From IMG/VR virus record IMGVR_UViG_3300027672_001796: a stretch of DNA of 64,000 nt; one strand, 5' to 3'. Below, in pieces: positions 8,930 to 18,300 of this stretch. Source of the DNA: a virus (lineage: Duplodnaviria; Caudoviricetes). Made by a program: the position numbers and the translations under genes. Position 1 is the first letter of the stretch; each line of letters starts with the position of its first letter. Below the pieces are notes generated by a model, which was not told the origin of the DNA, made no database searches, and saw nothing but the letters and a program-made list of their open reading frames with translations.

Positions 8930-9325
8930 ATGACAGATACAGATTATCGTATGATACGCAATGCAATGAGAACCCCAGACGGCACATTATTGCAAAGCCG
9001 ACACCGGCATGATTATGTTACTCACAAGGATAAGAACGGCAACGAGTACATGGTTGATGGTGGATTAAGTTATATTCGTTCCAGTGCTAACGGTGACGAA
9101 GAATTGTTGACCGTTACACTTGCAGATTCTCATGAACAGGTTAGAGAGTCATGTGATTGGGGAACATATGGCATTGCCGGCGATCAACCGCTGTCATATA
9201 TTACTTTGTGTGACATGACCACTGACCACATTGAAGCAGTCATTAAGAATGTGCCGTCAATCAATCCAGCAATTAAAATTGCTATGCAGAACGAGTTGGA
9301 GTATCGCAATGACAATGCCAAATGA
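8930..9325 (+). CDS. Hypothetical phage protein
   Basis: 131-aa ORF containing SRHRHDYVTH...YMVDGG. Confidence 0.75.
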   Translation: MTDTDYRMIRNAMRTPDGTLLQSRHRHDYVTHKDKNGNEYMVDGGLSYIRSSANGDEELLTVTLADSHEQVRESCDWGTYGIAGDQPLSYITLCDMTTDHIEAVIKNVPSINPAIKIAMQNELEYRNDNAK

Positions 9326-9518
9326 AAGGTGTAATGCTGTAAATAACACAAGGCAGTTCCTTGTAGACTTAATGGATCCCAAGAAAACTCCACGAGTACC
9401 GAGTGCTGTACGAAAAGAAGCATATCGTTGCCTAAAGCATTACCCTGGTGAATATCATATGGAAGAGGCGGAAAAACAAGCACCTAAAATATTTGGGGAT
9501 TGGAATAGTGGATTATAA
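9309..9518 (+). CDS. Small conserved phage protein (BPSL0761-like)
   Basis: MTMPNERCNAV...KTPRVPSAVRKEAYRCLKHYP; start revised from the ORF track. Confidence 0.6.
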   Translation: MTMPNERCNAVNNTRQFLVDLMDPKKTPRVPSAVRKEAYRCLKHYPGEYHMEEAEKQAPKIFGDWNSGL

Positions 9519-9834
9519 TCCCGACAACTGGGTAATATTAAAGATCAAAGAAGGCAAAGGTACATTCCCCTTCTACAAAGTTCTAGCAGGATGGAGTGGT
9601 GGTTACTTAGATGGTGACAGTTGGCGAATGAACAGTGGTATTACTCTTGTGTTTGATCGTGAAGATGAAATTCATTTTCATGGTGAAAGCGGATCACTCT
9701 ACAGATGCCACAAAGAAGGTTATGGTTTGCGTATGAATAACGCAGGTGTTTATAATCAGTTAATAGAGCAACAACAATTCAAAGGTCAAGTACAAATGAT
9801 GCCAGAAGATACTGATTGGATGAAGTTAGTATGA
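9508..9834 (+). CDS. Conserved T4-like phage hypothetical protein
   Basis: YNPDNWVILK...YKVLAGWSGGYLDGDSWRMNSGI; probable GTG start. Confidence 0.7.
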   Translation: MDYNPDNWVILKIKEGKGTFPFYKVLAGWSGGYLDGDSWRMNSGITLVFDREDEIHFHGESGSLYRCHKEGYGLRMNNAGVYNQLIEQQQFKGQVQMMPEDTDWMKLV

Positions 9835-10181
9835 TTAGTTATAGCACAAACTGGATGGGTCCAGTAATGAATCGTTGGTACGAAGAACGAGGCATACCTT
9901 TCGAGTTGCGAAAGACTTCTGGTAAGATACTACCAGTAATGGAGTACAAACAATTTCTTGAATCCTATTCATGTGGACGTATTGATATCTATGGACTTGA
10001 TGAAGACGCATATTGGTGTGGTAAATCCGAATATAGTGTTGCTCCTATGCGTACAGAAGATTGGAATGCATTAAGTGAATGGTTATATGGCTTTGAGTCT
10101 AAAGAGCTTGTATCAAAAGACTCTCTCATAGAACAATTTGAAAATGATTATGGTAAAAAGATAAGGTGGTGGAAGAACTAA
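9831..10181 (+). CDS. Hypothetical protein
   Basis: ATGA overlap with the upstream gene. Confidence 0.7.
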   Translation: MISYSTNWMGPVMNRWYEERGIPFELRKTSGKILPVMEYKQFLESYSCGRIDIYGLDEDAYWCGKSEYSVAPMRTEDWNALSEWLYGFESKELVSKDSLIEQFENDYGKKIRWWKN

Positions 10182-10660
10182 TGAAAATTAAAATAGGAAA
10201 GTATCCGACACATCGTTGGTATCATAACTTTCTATACGAAAAGTTTGGTATTGGTAATGAGCCTAAAGTATCTGTGCATATAGATGACTTCGACACTTGG
10301 AGTATGGATCATACCCTTTCATATATCATTGAGCCAATGCTCAAGCAACTCAAATTAACCAAGCATGGTGCTCCTTATGTGTACCCTGAAGATGTCCCGG
10401 CAGAGTTGCGTCCTACTAAAAAAGAACTAACAGCATACACTAAAAATGGTGAGACTGATAACAAGTTCTTTGAGCGTTGGGATTGGGTAATGGATGAAAT
10501 GATCTTCGCCTTTGAGAGCAAACATAACGATTGGGAAAATCAATTCCAAATTGATGAGATTGTCGCCCTTTGGGATTGGGAAGGACGTACTGCATACCAA
10601 GAACGTATTAGTAACGGCTTTAAACTATTCGGCAAGTACTACGAAAATTTATGGGATTAA
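10181..10660 (+). CDS. Conserved phage hypothetical protein
   Basis: TAATG coupling; DTWSMDHTLSYII...KHGAP...WDWVMDEMIFAFE. Confidence 0.75.
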   Translation: MKIKIGKYPTHRWYHNFLYEKFGIGNEPKVSVHIDDFDTWSMDHTLSYIIEPMLKQLKLTKHGAPYVYPEDVPAELRPTKKELTAYTKNGETDNKFFERWDWVMDEMIFAFESKHNDWENQFQIDEIVALWDWEGRTAYQERISNGFKLFGKYYENLWD

Positions 10661-10661
10661 T

Positions 10662-10742
10662 ATGATAGAAATTTTCGTGTATGCGTTCGGGTGTGTTGTG
10701 TTCATAGTCTGGATCATAATCAAAGGAGAAGAGGACGAGTAG
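10662..10742 (+). CDS. 26-aa single-pass membrane peptide
   Basis: MIEIFVYAFGCVVFIVWIIIKGEEDE, 1 nt after the upstream stop. Confidence 0.5.
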   Translation: MIEIFVYAFGCVVFIVWIIIKGEEDE

Positions 10743-10744
10743 GG

Positions 10745-10752
10745 TATAAATA
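10745..10752 (+). promoter_or_regulatory. Late promoter TATAAATA inside an inverted repeat
   Basis: Exact T4 late consensus. Confidence 0.65.
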
Positions 10753-10824
10753 CATGTGCTGTAATACAAACTATATATCGGTAATGATATATTACACATA
10801 CACATGTATTGCACGGAGATAGAA

Positions 10825-11064
10825 ATGGTAAAAGCAAAAAAAGTTGCAAAAAAAGTCGAGTCAATTAATAAATTCGGTCCGCAAAAAGATTCAAAAGGAC
10901 ACTATTGGTTCGAATACGTTGGTAAAAACGTACAAGCAAATGCAGAACAAATTAGTAAAAACATTAGAAAAAATTCTGAACAAATAGGTAAAAACATAAC
11001 TGCTAACGCTAACTCAGTTGGCGATAGAATGAAAGCATACTTAAATAGAAAAATATCTAAGTAA
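10825..11064 (+). CDS. Small basic protein with 11-residue amphipathic repeats
   Basis: SD ggag then ATG at 10825; VGKNVQANAEQ/ISKNIRKNSEQ/IGKNITANANS/VGDRMKAYLNR. Confidence 0.7.
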   Translation: MVKAKKVAKKVESINKFGPQKDSKGHYWFEYVGKNVQANAEQISKNIRKNSEQIGKNITANANSVGDRMKAYLNRKISK

Positions 11065-11077
11065 CAACATATTTACT

Positions 11078-11102
11078 AAGAGCTCATTGTATGGGCTCTT
11101 TT
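11078..11102 (+). terminator. Intrinsic terminator / processing hairpin before tRNA-Ala
   Basis: aagagctca-ttgta-tgggctctt followed by tt. Confidence 0.65.
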
Positions 11103-11109
11103 AATTTCT

Positions 11110-11185
11110 GGGGATGTAGCTCAGTTGGGAGAGCGGTTCCCTTGCACGGAACAGGTCGTAGGTTCGATCCCTATCATCTCCACCA
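11110..11185 (+). tRNA. tRNA-Ala(TGC)
   Basis: Acceptor GGGGATG/CATCTCC with G3:U70; anticodon arm GTTCC-CT-TGC-AC-GGAAC; encoded CCA. Confidence 0.97.
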
Positions 11186-11207
11186 GGTATTAAGACAAGG
11201 ATAAACA

Positions 11208-11933
11208 TTGAACATAGAAACTGTAACATGGGTCCATCATTGGACAGACAAGACTTTTAGTTTTAAGACCACACGAAGCCAAACTTTTCGTTTTATAAAT
11301 GGCGAGTTTGCTATGATTGGATTAAAAGGAGAAGAGGAAGGATCACGTCCTTTAATTAGAGCATACAGTATTGCAAGTGCAAACTATGAAGACGAGTTAG
11401 AGTTCCTTAGTATTAAGGTACCGGACGGACCTCTTACAAGCCGTCTACAGCATTTAAAAGTTGGAGACGAAATAGTAGTAATGCCTAAGACAACCGGCAC
11501 ACTAACGATTGATAACATAACTAAAGCAAAGAATTTAATTTTACTTTCAACTGGAACAGGAATTGCACCCTTCCTAAGTATAATCAGAGACCCTGATACA
11601 TACGATAAGTTTGAAAATGTTACATTGGTACACACCACACGAACACACGCAGAGCATACTTACACTGACTTAATGGCAGAATTAGCAGAAACATTTCCAC
11701 TTAAATATTACGACACTTGTACCCAAGAAGATTATGTACGTTCAGGACGCTTCTGGGAACATGTAAATAATTTTACAGATGGAGGCTTTAATAAAGATAC
11801 AGATCGAGTTATGGTGTGCGGAGGCCCAGAGATGAATTACGAGTGTAGAGATTTTCTCGAAGAGCATAATTTTCAAGAAGGAAATTTAGGTGAGCCGGGC
11901 GACTTTGTGTTAGAACGTGCATTCGTAGACTGA
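11208..11933 (+). CDS. fpr: Ferredoxin/flavodoxin-NADP+ reductase
   Basis: RAYSIAS, GPLTSRLQHL, LSTGTGIAPF, MVCGGPEM and the C-terminal ERAF motif; TTG start. Confidence 0.93.
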   Translation: MNIETVTWVHHWTDKTFSFKTTRSQTFRFINGEFAMIGLKGEEEGSRPLIRAYSIASANYEDELEFLSIKVPDGPLTSRLQHLKVGDEIVVMPKTTGTLTIDNITKAKNLILLSTGTGIAPFLSIIRDPDTYDKFENVTLVHTTRTHAEHTYTDLMAELAETFPLKYYDTCTQEDYVRSGRFWEHVNNFTDGGFNKDTDRVMVCGGPEMNYECRDFLEEHNFQEGNLGEPGDFVLERAFVD

Positions 11934-11944
11934 TAAATATACAT

Positions 11945-13876
11945 ATGACAGAAGCAACAAAACATGTACCGGATCTAACGTATACAGATTTTACCTTAGA
12001 GTTGTATAAGCAATTCCATAACCAGCCTGGTTTAATTAATCCTTTTAAAAACATCGAAGTAACACATACACCTGTACAGGTTTTATTGTTCACAGACTCA
12101 CCTGGCTGGGGGAACCTGCATCCATTACAATCTATGAGCGAAACTACTATCGACCATCACGGTATAAAACGTGATGGATTAACTCGTACAACAGGTGTAA
12201 ATGATGTAGACAAATGGAAAGACGGTAGGTATGACAGATCAAATTTTAATACAAGTAGAGCAATGGGTGTGTATAAACTAGCACACGAATGCAGAGAGCA
12301 TGGCTTTACAGTTCAAGTTATAGATAACATGTTTCATTTAGACATCGAAACAACAAAACGAGTTATAGACAAGTTTGTAGGTAAAGAAACTTTAATGTTA
12401 GGAGTTAGTAGCACATTTAGAAGTTTTCAATTACTATCACAACGACCATCCATATCAAACTTTGATCCGTTTGAAGGGTTTGACCGAGAAGAAAAAGACG
12501 AATGGATAAAAGACTTAACAGTTACTCGTAAACATTTCTTTTCAACTGGTGCAAAAGGCGACAAGATACTAGGCAAATATATACATGATATAAATCCTAA
12601 TGTAAAATATATTATTGGCGGAGCAAACGTTACTGCACAATATTCGCATCCAGATCCTAACGAAAAAGGTTTAATGGACTATGTGAATTTAGGATTTGGC
12701 GATGTAACAATGCCACAAATATTACAACACCTTAAAGATGGCGGCAAAGCAGACCATTTACCCACAAATAAAAATAAGGTAATGGTAACTGCTGATGGCG
12801 AAAGTAAGTTAGACATAAAACATTCAACCCAAGTGTGGCAATCAGAAGATTTAGTCCAACGTGGCGAAATATTACCCTTGGAAGTTGCTCGAGGATGTAT
12901 ATTTAGATGCAGTTTTTGTTCTTTCCCACTGAACGGCAAAGCTAAAGGCGAAGCAGTAAGAGATTTCAGTTATATCAGAGAAGAACTAATAGAGAATTAC
13001 GAAAAGTATGGTATAGAAGATTATTGGTTAACAGATGACACGTTTAATGATGACCATCAAAAAATGATTGACTGGCATGCAATGACACAGACGCTTCCAT
13101 TTAAATTAAAGTGGAGTTCGTACATTAGATTAGATTTAGTATACATGAATCGTAAACATAATCCACCACAAGCACAGTTAATTGCAGAAAGTGGTTGCAG
13201 ACTGACAAACTTGGGTATTGAAACAACTGATCCTGAATGTGCTAAAGATATTGGCAAAGGATTAAACCCAAATATACAATTTGCATATTTGAGAGAGTTA
13301 GCAGACGGCTATTGGAAGGGCATGACATTTATGAGCGGTATGATAGCCGGTCTACCCAGTGATACTAGGAAAACTCTTAACAAGATGAGTAAGTTTTTAC
13401 TTTCAAAAGACAATCCTTTACATACTATTAACATGAATCCGTTGTATATTAGAAAAACTGATGATGATGCTCACTATTTTACTGAACTTAGTATAAGTGA
13501 ATTTAGTGCTAACTGGAAAGAGCATGGATATGAGTTCACAGAGTTTGATAAAAACGGTGAAGAAATACCAATGGATGCTAGAGGCACGTTAATGAAAAGT
13601 ACGCTGAGTTGGAAAAATAGAAATGGGCTAACATTTTACGACATAGTAAAGTATGCCATGAAGTTTAACAATAGATTAACTTCAGCAAACAAACATGTAT
13701 CAAGTCCATTATTTGTTGCACACGGATTACCGTACCACGATGAAAGATTAGCCGCTCCAGGCGAGCTATACGATGAACAAAACAACTTTTATTTCAATTA
13801 TAAAGAATATTGTAAAGTAAACGATTACTTTTACAAATTATTTACGGAAAATCACACCCACTACTACAGGAAATAG
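11945..13876 (+). CDS. Radical SAM enzyme with N-terminal B12-binding-like domain
   Basis: CxxxCxxC in EVARGCIFRCSFCSFP; DDTFN; GIET; TAAATA-tacat-ATG. Confidence 0.88.
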   Translation: MTEATKHVPDLTYTDFTLELYKQFHNQPGLINPFKNIEVTHTPVQVLLFTDSPGWGNLHPLQSMSETTIDHHGIKRDGLTRTTGVNDVDKWKDGRYDRSNFNTSRAMGVYKLAHECREHGFTVQVIDNMFHLDIETTKRVIDKFVGKETLMLGVSSTFRSFQLLSQRPSISNFDPFEGFDREEKDEWIKDLTVTRKHFFSTGAKGDKILGKYIHDINPNVKYIIGGANVTAQYSHPDPNEKGLMDYVNLGFGDVTMPQILQHLKDGGKADHLPTNKNKVMVTADGESKLDIKHSTQVWQSEDLVQRGEILPLEVARGCIFRCSFCSFPLNGKAKGEAVRDFSYIREELIENYEKYGIEDYWLTDDTFNDDHQKMIDWHAMTQTLPFKLKWSSYIRLDLVYMNRKHNPPQAQLIAESGCRLTNLGIETTDPECAKDIGKGLNPNIQFAYLRELADGYWKGMTFMSGMIAGLPSDTRKTLNKMSKFLLSKDNPLHTINMNPLYIRKTDDDAHYFTELSISEFSANWKEHGYEFTEFDKNGEEIPMDARGTLMKSTLSWKNRNGLTFYDIVKYAMKFNNRLTSANKHVSSPLFVAHGLPYHDERLAAPGELYDEQNNFYFNYKEYCKVNDYFYKLFTENHTHYYRK

Positions 13877-13888
13877 TTAAATACTGGT

Positions 13889-14311
13889 ATGGAACTACCG
13901 CACAGACACCCAATTGCATTAATAGACTCGCATAATATATTAGATGACGAGAATGTTGTTGCAACATATACTATCCAAGCAGACCATCCAGTCCTAGAAG
14001 GACACTTCCCACACATTAAAATATGGCCCGGGGTGTATCTCATCGAAGGTATGAATCAGTGTGCTGGATTACATGCATTACATTTAGCAAAAGACAAAAT
14101 TAGCGAAGTTGGACATAGTGGATATGTTACTTTTGTTACCAGTGTAGATAGAGCAAAATTTAGAACTCCAGTATTCCCCGGAGACCAATTAACACTCACA
14201 GCCAAACTTATTAAACGTAGAAGAGACCACATTTTTTACTCTTGTGAGGTCTGGAAAAACGATAAAGTGTGTGCAAGTGCTACAATCGGACTCACAGCCA
14301 AGCAACTTTAG
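13889..14311 (+). CDS. fabZ: 3-hydroxyacyl-ACP dehydratase (FabZ/FabA hotdog fold)
   Basis: LPHRHP..LID; GHFP..IWPGVYLIE..Q; AKFRTPVFPGDQL. Confidence 0.9.
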   Translation: MELPHRHPIALIDSHNILDDENVVATYTIQADHPVLEGHFPHIKIWPGVYLIEGMNQCAGLHALHLAKDKISEVGHSGYVTFVTSVDRAKFRTPVFPGDQLTLTAKLIKRRRDHIFYSCEVWKNDKVCASATIGLTAKQL

Positions 14312-14333
14312 TAAATGACGTCAAAATAACCTA

Positions 14334-14362
14334 TTGACATTCCTTTTTTGTGGTGCTATACT
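14334..14362 (+). promoter_or_regulatory. Sigma70-like promoter
   Basis: TTGACA-17-TATACT. Confidence 0.75.
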
Positions 14363-14388
14363 AACTACCAATTAAGAAGGAGATAAAA

Positions 14389-14622
14389 ATGTCATCAGAA
14401 ATAATGATTATAATAGGCTTGTTTATAATAGCAAATTCATATTTTAGTTACAAAGCAGGATTTAGAGAAGGTCAATTCGTAGGGATTGCCGGACTTGCAC
14501 TTACACTAAAGATTCACAATATTCTAAAAGACAAATCTACTATACATAACTATGAACTGTTACCGACAGCTATTAAGCAAGTGTTGGAAAATCCAGAAGC
14601 AGTATTAACAGAGAGTAAATAA
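14389..14622 (+). CDS. Small membrane protein
   Basis: SD aaggag; hydrophobic N-terminus. Confidence 0.7.
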   Translation: MSSEIMIIIGLFIIANSYFSYKAGFREGQFVGIAGLALTLKIHNILKDKSTIHNYELLPTAIKQVLENPEAVLTESK

Positions 14623-14624
14623 TT

Positions 14625-15788
14625 TTGGCAAAGCGAAAAGCAAAGAACGTATACTTTACACCAGAACCCGAATGGAAGAAATACGCCGACATAGTCGATC
14701 CTGAAAAACAATTAAAAAGTTTTCGAGACTGCGAGTATTTTGCTAGGACTGAAATCGCAGACAAGAAGAAAGTAGAGCTAACTCGAATTTGGATTAAAGA
14801 ACAATCCAATTGGGACGAAGCAGATATTAAAGCAATCCTTAAAAACCCAGATTGGGTATTTGGAGCTTCAGCAACTAACTTTTATATTGCTCATAAGATA
14901 GGGTTTATGCCAGAAGCGGTATTAGTGCATATTAATACGAGACGGGCTGACTGGATAGAGGCAGGCAACAAGATTATTGAAGAGAAAAAAGAAGCAACTG
15001 CTGAAGCAAAACTAAAACCTGTTATCTCTATACAACAACGAATGCGAGAGCAAGTAGAAAACTTACAAGGTGATTGGGAAGGTAAACTAGATGACTTTAT
15101 AGCCGGCACACAAACACTACCAGACTTCGACCCTTATCAAGATATGCTAGTGTATGCTGGAGGAGTAGTTAAGCCGGCCCATGCAAAAATTATTAGAGAT
15201 AGTGTTGAGCCCCAAATAGCTGAAGCACATGAAATTATTGCTTGGGATTGTGACCAAATTAAAGAAGGCTATTCATTTATGACACCCAAGTTTCGTAAAG
15301 AATATCTTAAATGGTTTCAAAAGATTCAAACAGCATGTGATACATTAATTGAAACAGGTAAAACAACTCGCAAGCCTAGAAAGAAACGTTCAGTAAGCAA
15401 AGAAAAAATGGTTACTAAACTAAAGTTTCAGGTAAACGAAAGCACATTAGGAATTGCAAGTATATCTGCAGAAGAAGTAGTGTATGCCAATGAAGTTTGG
15501 GTATATAATACTAAGTCTAGAAAGATAGGGGTATACAAAGCAAGTCATCCGGATCCTAAAAACATGAAAAGAGAAGGTGCTGGCTTAAAAGTTAAAGGTA
15601 CTACTATCATTGACTTCGATGCAAAGACTAGTGTACAAAAAACATTACGCAAACCAGCAGACCAAATGCCTGTATTTAAATCAAGTGCTAAGACTAAATG
15701 TCAAAAGTTCTTTGAAGAAATTAAAGCAGTAGAAACATCACTCACCGGACGCCTAAACGATACTACAATCATTCTTAAAGCCTTTTAA
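14625..15788 (+). CDS. Hypothetical protein
   Basis: 387-aa ORF with TTG start and basic C-terminus; function not recognised. Confidence 0.8.
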   Translation: MAKRKAKNVYFTPEPEWKKYADIVDPEKQLKSFRDCEYFARTEIADKKKVELTRIWIKEQSNWDEADIKAILKNPDWVFGASATNFYIAHKIGFMPEAVLVHINTRRADWIEAGNKIIEEKKEATAEAKLKPVISIQQRMREQVENLQGDWEGKLDDFIAGTQTLPDFDPYQDMLVYAGGVVKPAHAKIIRDSVEPQIAEAHEIIAWDCDQIKEGYSFMTPKFRKEYLKWFQKIQTACDTLIETGKTTRKPRKKRSVSKEKMVTKLKFQVNESTLGIASISAEEVVYANEVWVYNTKSRKIGVYKASHPDPKNMKREGAGLKVKGTTIIDFDAKTSVQKTLRKPADQMPVFKSSAKTKCQKFFEEIKAVETSLTGRLNDTTIILKAF

Positions 15789-15812
15789 TAGCAAAAAGTG
15801 ATAAATAGTTGT

Positions 15813-16580
15813 ATGGCAACTAGAATCGATCAAATAGGTTACAACGACAGACAAGAAATTATTGAAGAGATATCTTTAAGACTTGCTGACGGCATGGTGG
15901 ACGTTGAGTTAGACAGAGCCCATTACGACATAGCAATTAACAAAGCACTTCAAAAATATCGTCAACTGAGCAGTGGTAGTGTAGAAGAAGCAGTTATTTT
16001 TATACAAACTACAGCAGGTGTAGTAGAATACACCCTTCCAGATGAAGTAATTGACGTCAAACGATTATACAGACGTGGTATAGGTACAAACAGCGGCGGC
16101 GGAACAAACTTTGATCCGTTTGATGTTGCGTTTAATAACATGTACATGCTACAAGCAGGGCAAATAGGCGGACTAGCAGTATTTGATGCTTTTGCACAGT
16201 ATAAAGAAACAATTGGTCGAATCTTTGGTAGCGAATACAACTTTACCTTTAATAGAAATAGTAAGCAACTTACTATATTACGAAATGTTAACCATGCAGA
16301 AGATATTGCAGTAGGTGTAAACAATTTTATACCTGAAAGTGTATTGATTAAAGATGTGTATGCAAGTGACTGGTTAAGTAACTATGCACTAGCACAATCT
16401 AAACTAATGTTAGGTGAAGCAAGAAGTAAGTTTACAGGTGGACTACCAGGCCCAGGTGGAGCAATACAGTTAAATGGTGATGCTCTTAAAAATGAAGCAC
16501 TCTCAGAACTAGAGCAATTAGTAGCCGGCATCCATAATATGGAAGAAGGAAATTCCCCTCTAGGTTTTGTGATGGGATAA
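15813..16580 (+). CDS. gp13: Neck protein, T4 gp13-like
   Basis: LRLADGMVDVELD...LGEARSKF..LPGPGGAIQLNG; TAAATA-gttgt-ATG at 15813. Confidence 0.8.
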   Translation: MATRIDQIGYNDRQEIIEEISLRLADGMVDVELDRAHYDIAINKALQKYRQLSSGSVEEAVIFIQTTAGVVEYTLPDEVIDVKRLYRRGIGTNSGGGTNFDPFDVAFNNMYMLQAGQIGGLAVFDAFAQYKETIGRIFGSEYNFTFNRNSKQLTILRNVNHAEDIAVGVNNFIPESVLIKDVYASDWLSNYALAQSKLMLGEARSKFTGGLPGPGGAIQLNGDALKNEALSELEQLVAGIHNMEEGNSPLGFVMG

Positions 16581-16585
16581 AGATT

Positions 16586-17464
16586 TTGTATACTCCGAAC
16601 GGATGTTACATTGATTTAGATTTACCCTTACCCATTACAGCAGATGAATTATTCGATGAAGTCGATTTTGAGTTCATTAATTGCAAACACCCAGAACAAC
16701 ACAATTTATTTTTCGAAGCATTCAGTACAACAAACATTTTTTGGAATCTTCCTCAAGGTGGCCCAACTCCAGACGGCACACTTGGGTATATAACCAATCC
16801 AGAAATAGTTCAAAGACTCACAGAATACTACCACTTACATTTTGCTATTGATATATTAAATTGGCACCCAGCTTCAAATGTCCCAACTATATCACCGTTT
16901 TCTGTAGTAAAATTCTCCGAGTCATCGCAGTATCATAAAGAAGGAGCGAGTGCCAATCGCCATCACATAGACTCCGACGAATATAAATCTACCTTCTTCG
17001 CCAGATTCCCCTATTGTGTCAACTTTAAACTAATTGGAAATGTTGAAGACTCGTCAGTACATTTTGGCGAGCCATCAGACGATTTGGTCCAAGAAGAAAA
17101 GTTTTTAGAAAAAAAGTTGTTAAATAACACTAAGCGAAGATTAGAAACACACCAGCATCCAGAAAACTATATCGGCGGTGCCCGAAGACGCCAGGCAAAG
17201 TCAAAAAAATATGACTTTGGTGTATTTTATGGCAGGACAGGATTCCATTCTGATATAGAAGAACAAGAATTATTAACAACAAAAGTTGAACGTAAAGGAA
17301 ACTACCAACCATTCATAATAAATGTAGAAGAATGGCACAAAGTTTTATTACATACGCAAGACGAGGCACGAGTAACATTAAGATTCATGGGATCCGAACG
17401 TTATAAGTTTAATGAATTAGAAGAACTACAAAAAAATAAAAAATTATTGGCAAAGACAAAATGA
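16586..17464 (+). CDS. Putative 2OG-Fe(II) oxygenase / cupin-like protein
   Basis: HxE (YHKEG), CVNFKL, PFIINVEEWHKV and RVTLRF; paralogous to the next gene. Confidence 0.5.
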   Translation: MYTPNGCYIDLDLPLPITADELFDEVDFEFINCKHPEQHNLFFEAFSTTNIFWNLPQGGPTPDGTLGYITNPEIVQRLTEYYHLHFAIDILNWHPASNVPTISPFSVVKFSESSQYHKEGASANRHHIDSDEYKSTFFARFPYCVNFKLIGNVEDSSVHFGEPSDDLVQEEKFLEKKLLNNTKRRLETHQHPENYIGGARRRQAKSKKYDFGVFYGRTGFHSDIEEQELLTTKVERKGNYQPFIINVEEWHKVLLHTQDEARVTLRFMGSERYKFNELEELQKNKKLLAKTK

Positions 17465-18300
17465 GCGACAACCACTTTCAATTACCATCCTCGGAGCTAG
17501 ATCCAATTTTTACTTTTGCTAAAGATTGTTTTACTCGTAGCTACGAACGTTTCACTGGAGATGTAAATGAATTTAATCGAAACGGTAACAATGATTTCTT
17601 TATAACCGAACATGCGATGGGCTACATATACCTGTGGAAAACAGGTGTAATAAACAAGTTAGTTAAAGACCTCCAAAATAAGTTGACAATTCCGGTACAT
17701 GACGTTATAATTTTACATACACCGGCCTACGGTTCATACCAATGGCATAATGAAGGAATGGAATATACTGACAATGCACCAGAGCAATACAGAAAAGCCG
17801 TTAGAGCAACAAGACGCTCAGTTGCACTTAACTATCCAGTTTCGGAGTCAGACTTGTCTAACAGTAAAGTTGAATGGGCCCAAGCCAGTGATAGGGTAAG
17901 CGAATTGTTAATAGAAGGATACAGTAACATAATGGATAGCGTTGGACTAAATCCTCCACAAGCAATGATAGAAAGCCATATAAGATTACGTTCTGCTACA
18001 ATGCCAGATTCAGATATAACTGACATGGCTGAAATGCTATATATCACACATGATAGTGGCGAAGGTGTAAGAATTAAATCAGGGCACAGTATTGTGTATG
18101 ATAATCATGATGAGTTACTTACTAAAGTAGATGAGTATTACGGAATGCCAGTACCTACATTAATAAGAACGAATCAGTGGCACAGGATAGATAACACTCA
18201 GGTCGAGGAAGATAGAAATATGGGATCAATAAGTTTTGATCCAGATTATTCATACTTCGATATTAAGAAGTTAATTATGGATAACGAGTTTATAAAATGA
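17461..18300 (+). CDS. Putative 2OG-Fe(II) oxygenase / cupin-like protein
   Basis: HxE (WHNEG), VALNYPV, PTLIRTNQWHRI and RNMGSISF. Confidence 0.55.
   Translation: MSDNHFQLPSSELDPIFTFAKDCFTRSYERFTGDVNEFNRNGNNDFFITEHAMGYIYLWKTGVINKLVKDLQNKLTIPVHDVIILHTPAYGSYQWHNEGMEYTDNAPEQYRKAVRATRRSVALNYPVSESDLSNSKVEWAQASDRVSELLIEGYSNIMDSVGLNPPQAMIESHIRLRSATMPDSDITDMAEMLYITHDSGEGVRIKSGHSIVYDNHDELLTKVDEYYGMPVPTLIRTNQWHRIDNTQVEEDRNMGSISFDPDYSYFDIKKLIMDNEFIK

Noticed and set aside
11110-11116. tRNA-Ala 5' end (GGGGATG) also complementary to the 37374-37380 loop
   Set aside because: Only 7 nt, and buried in the acceptor stem; likely chance.
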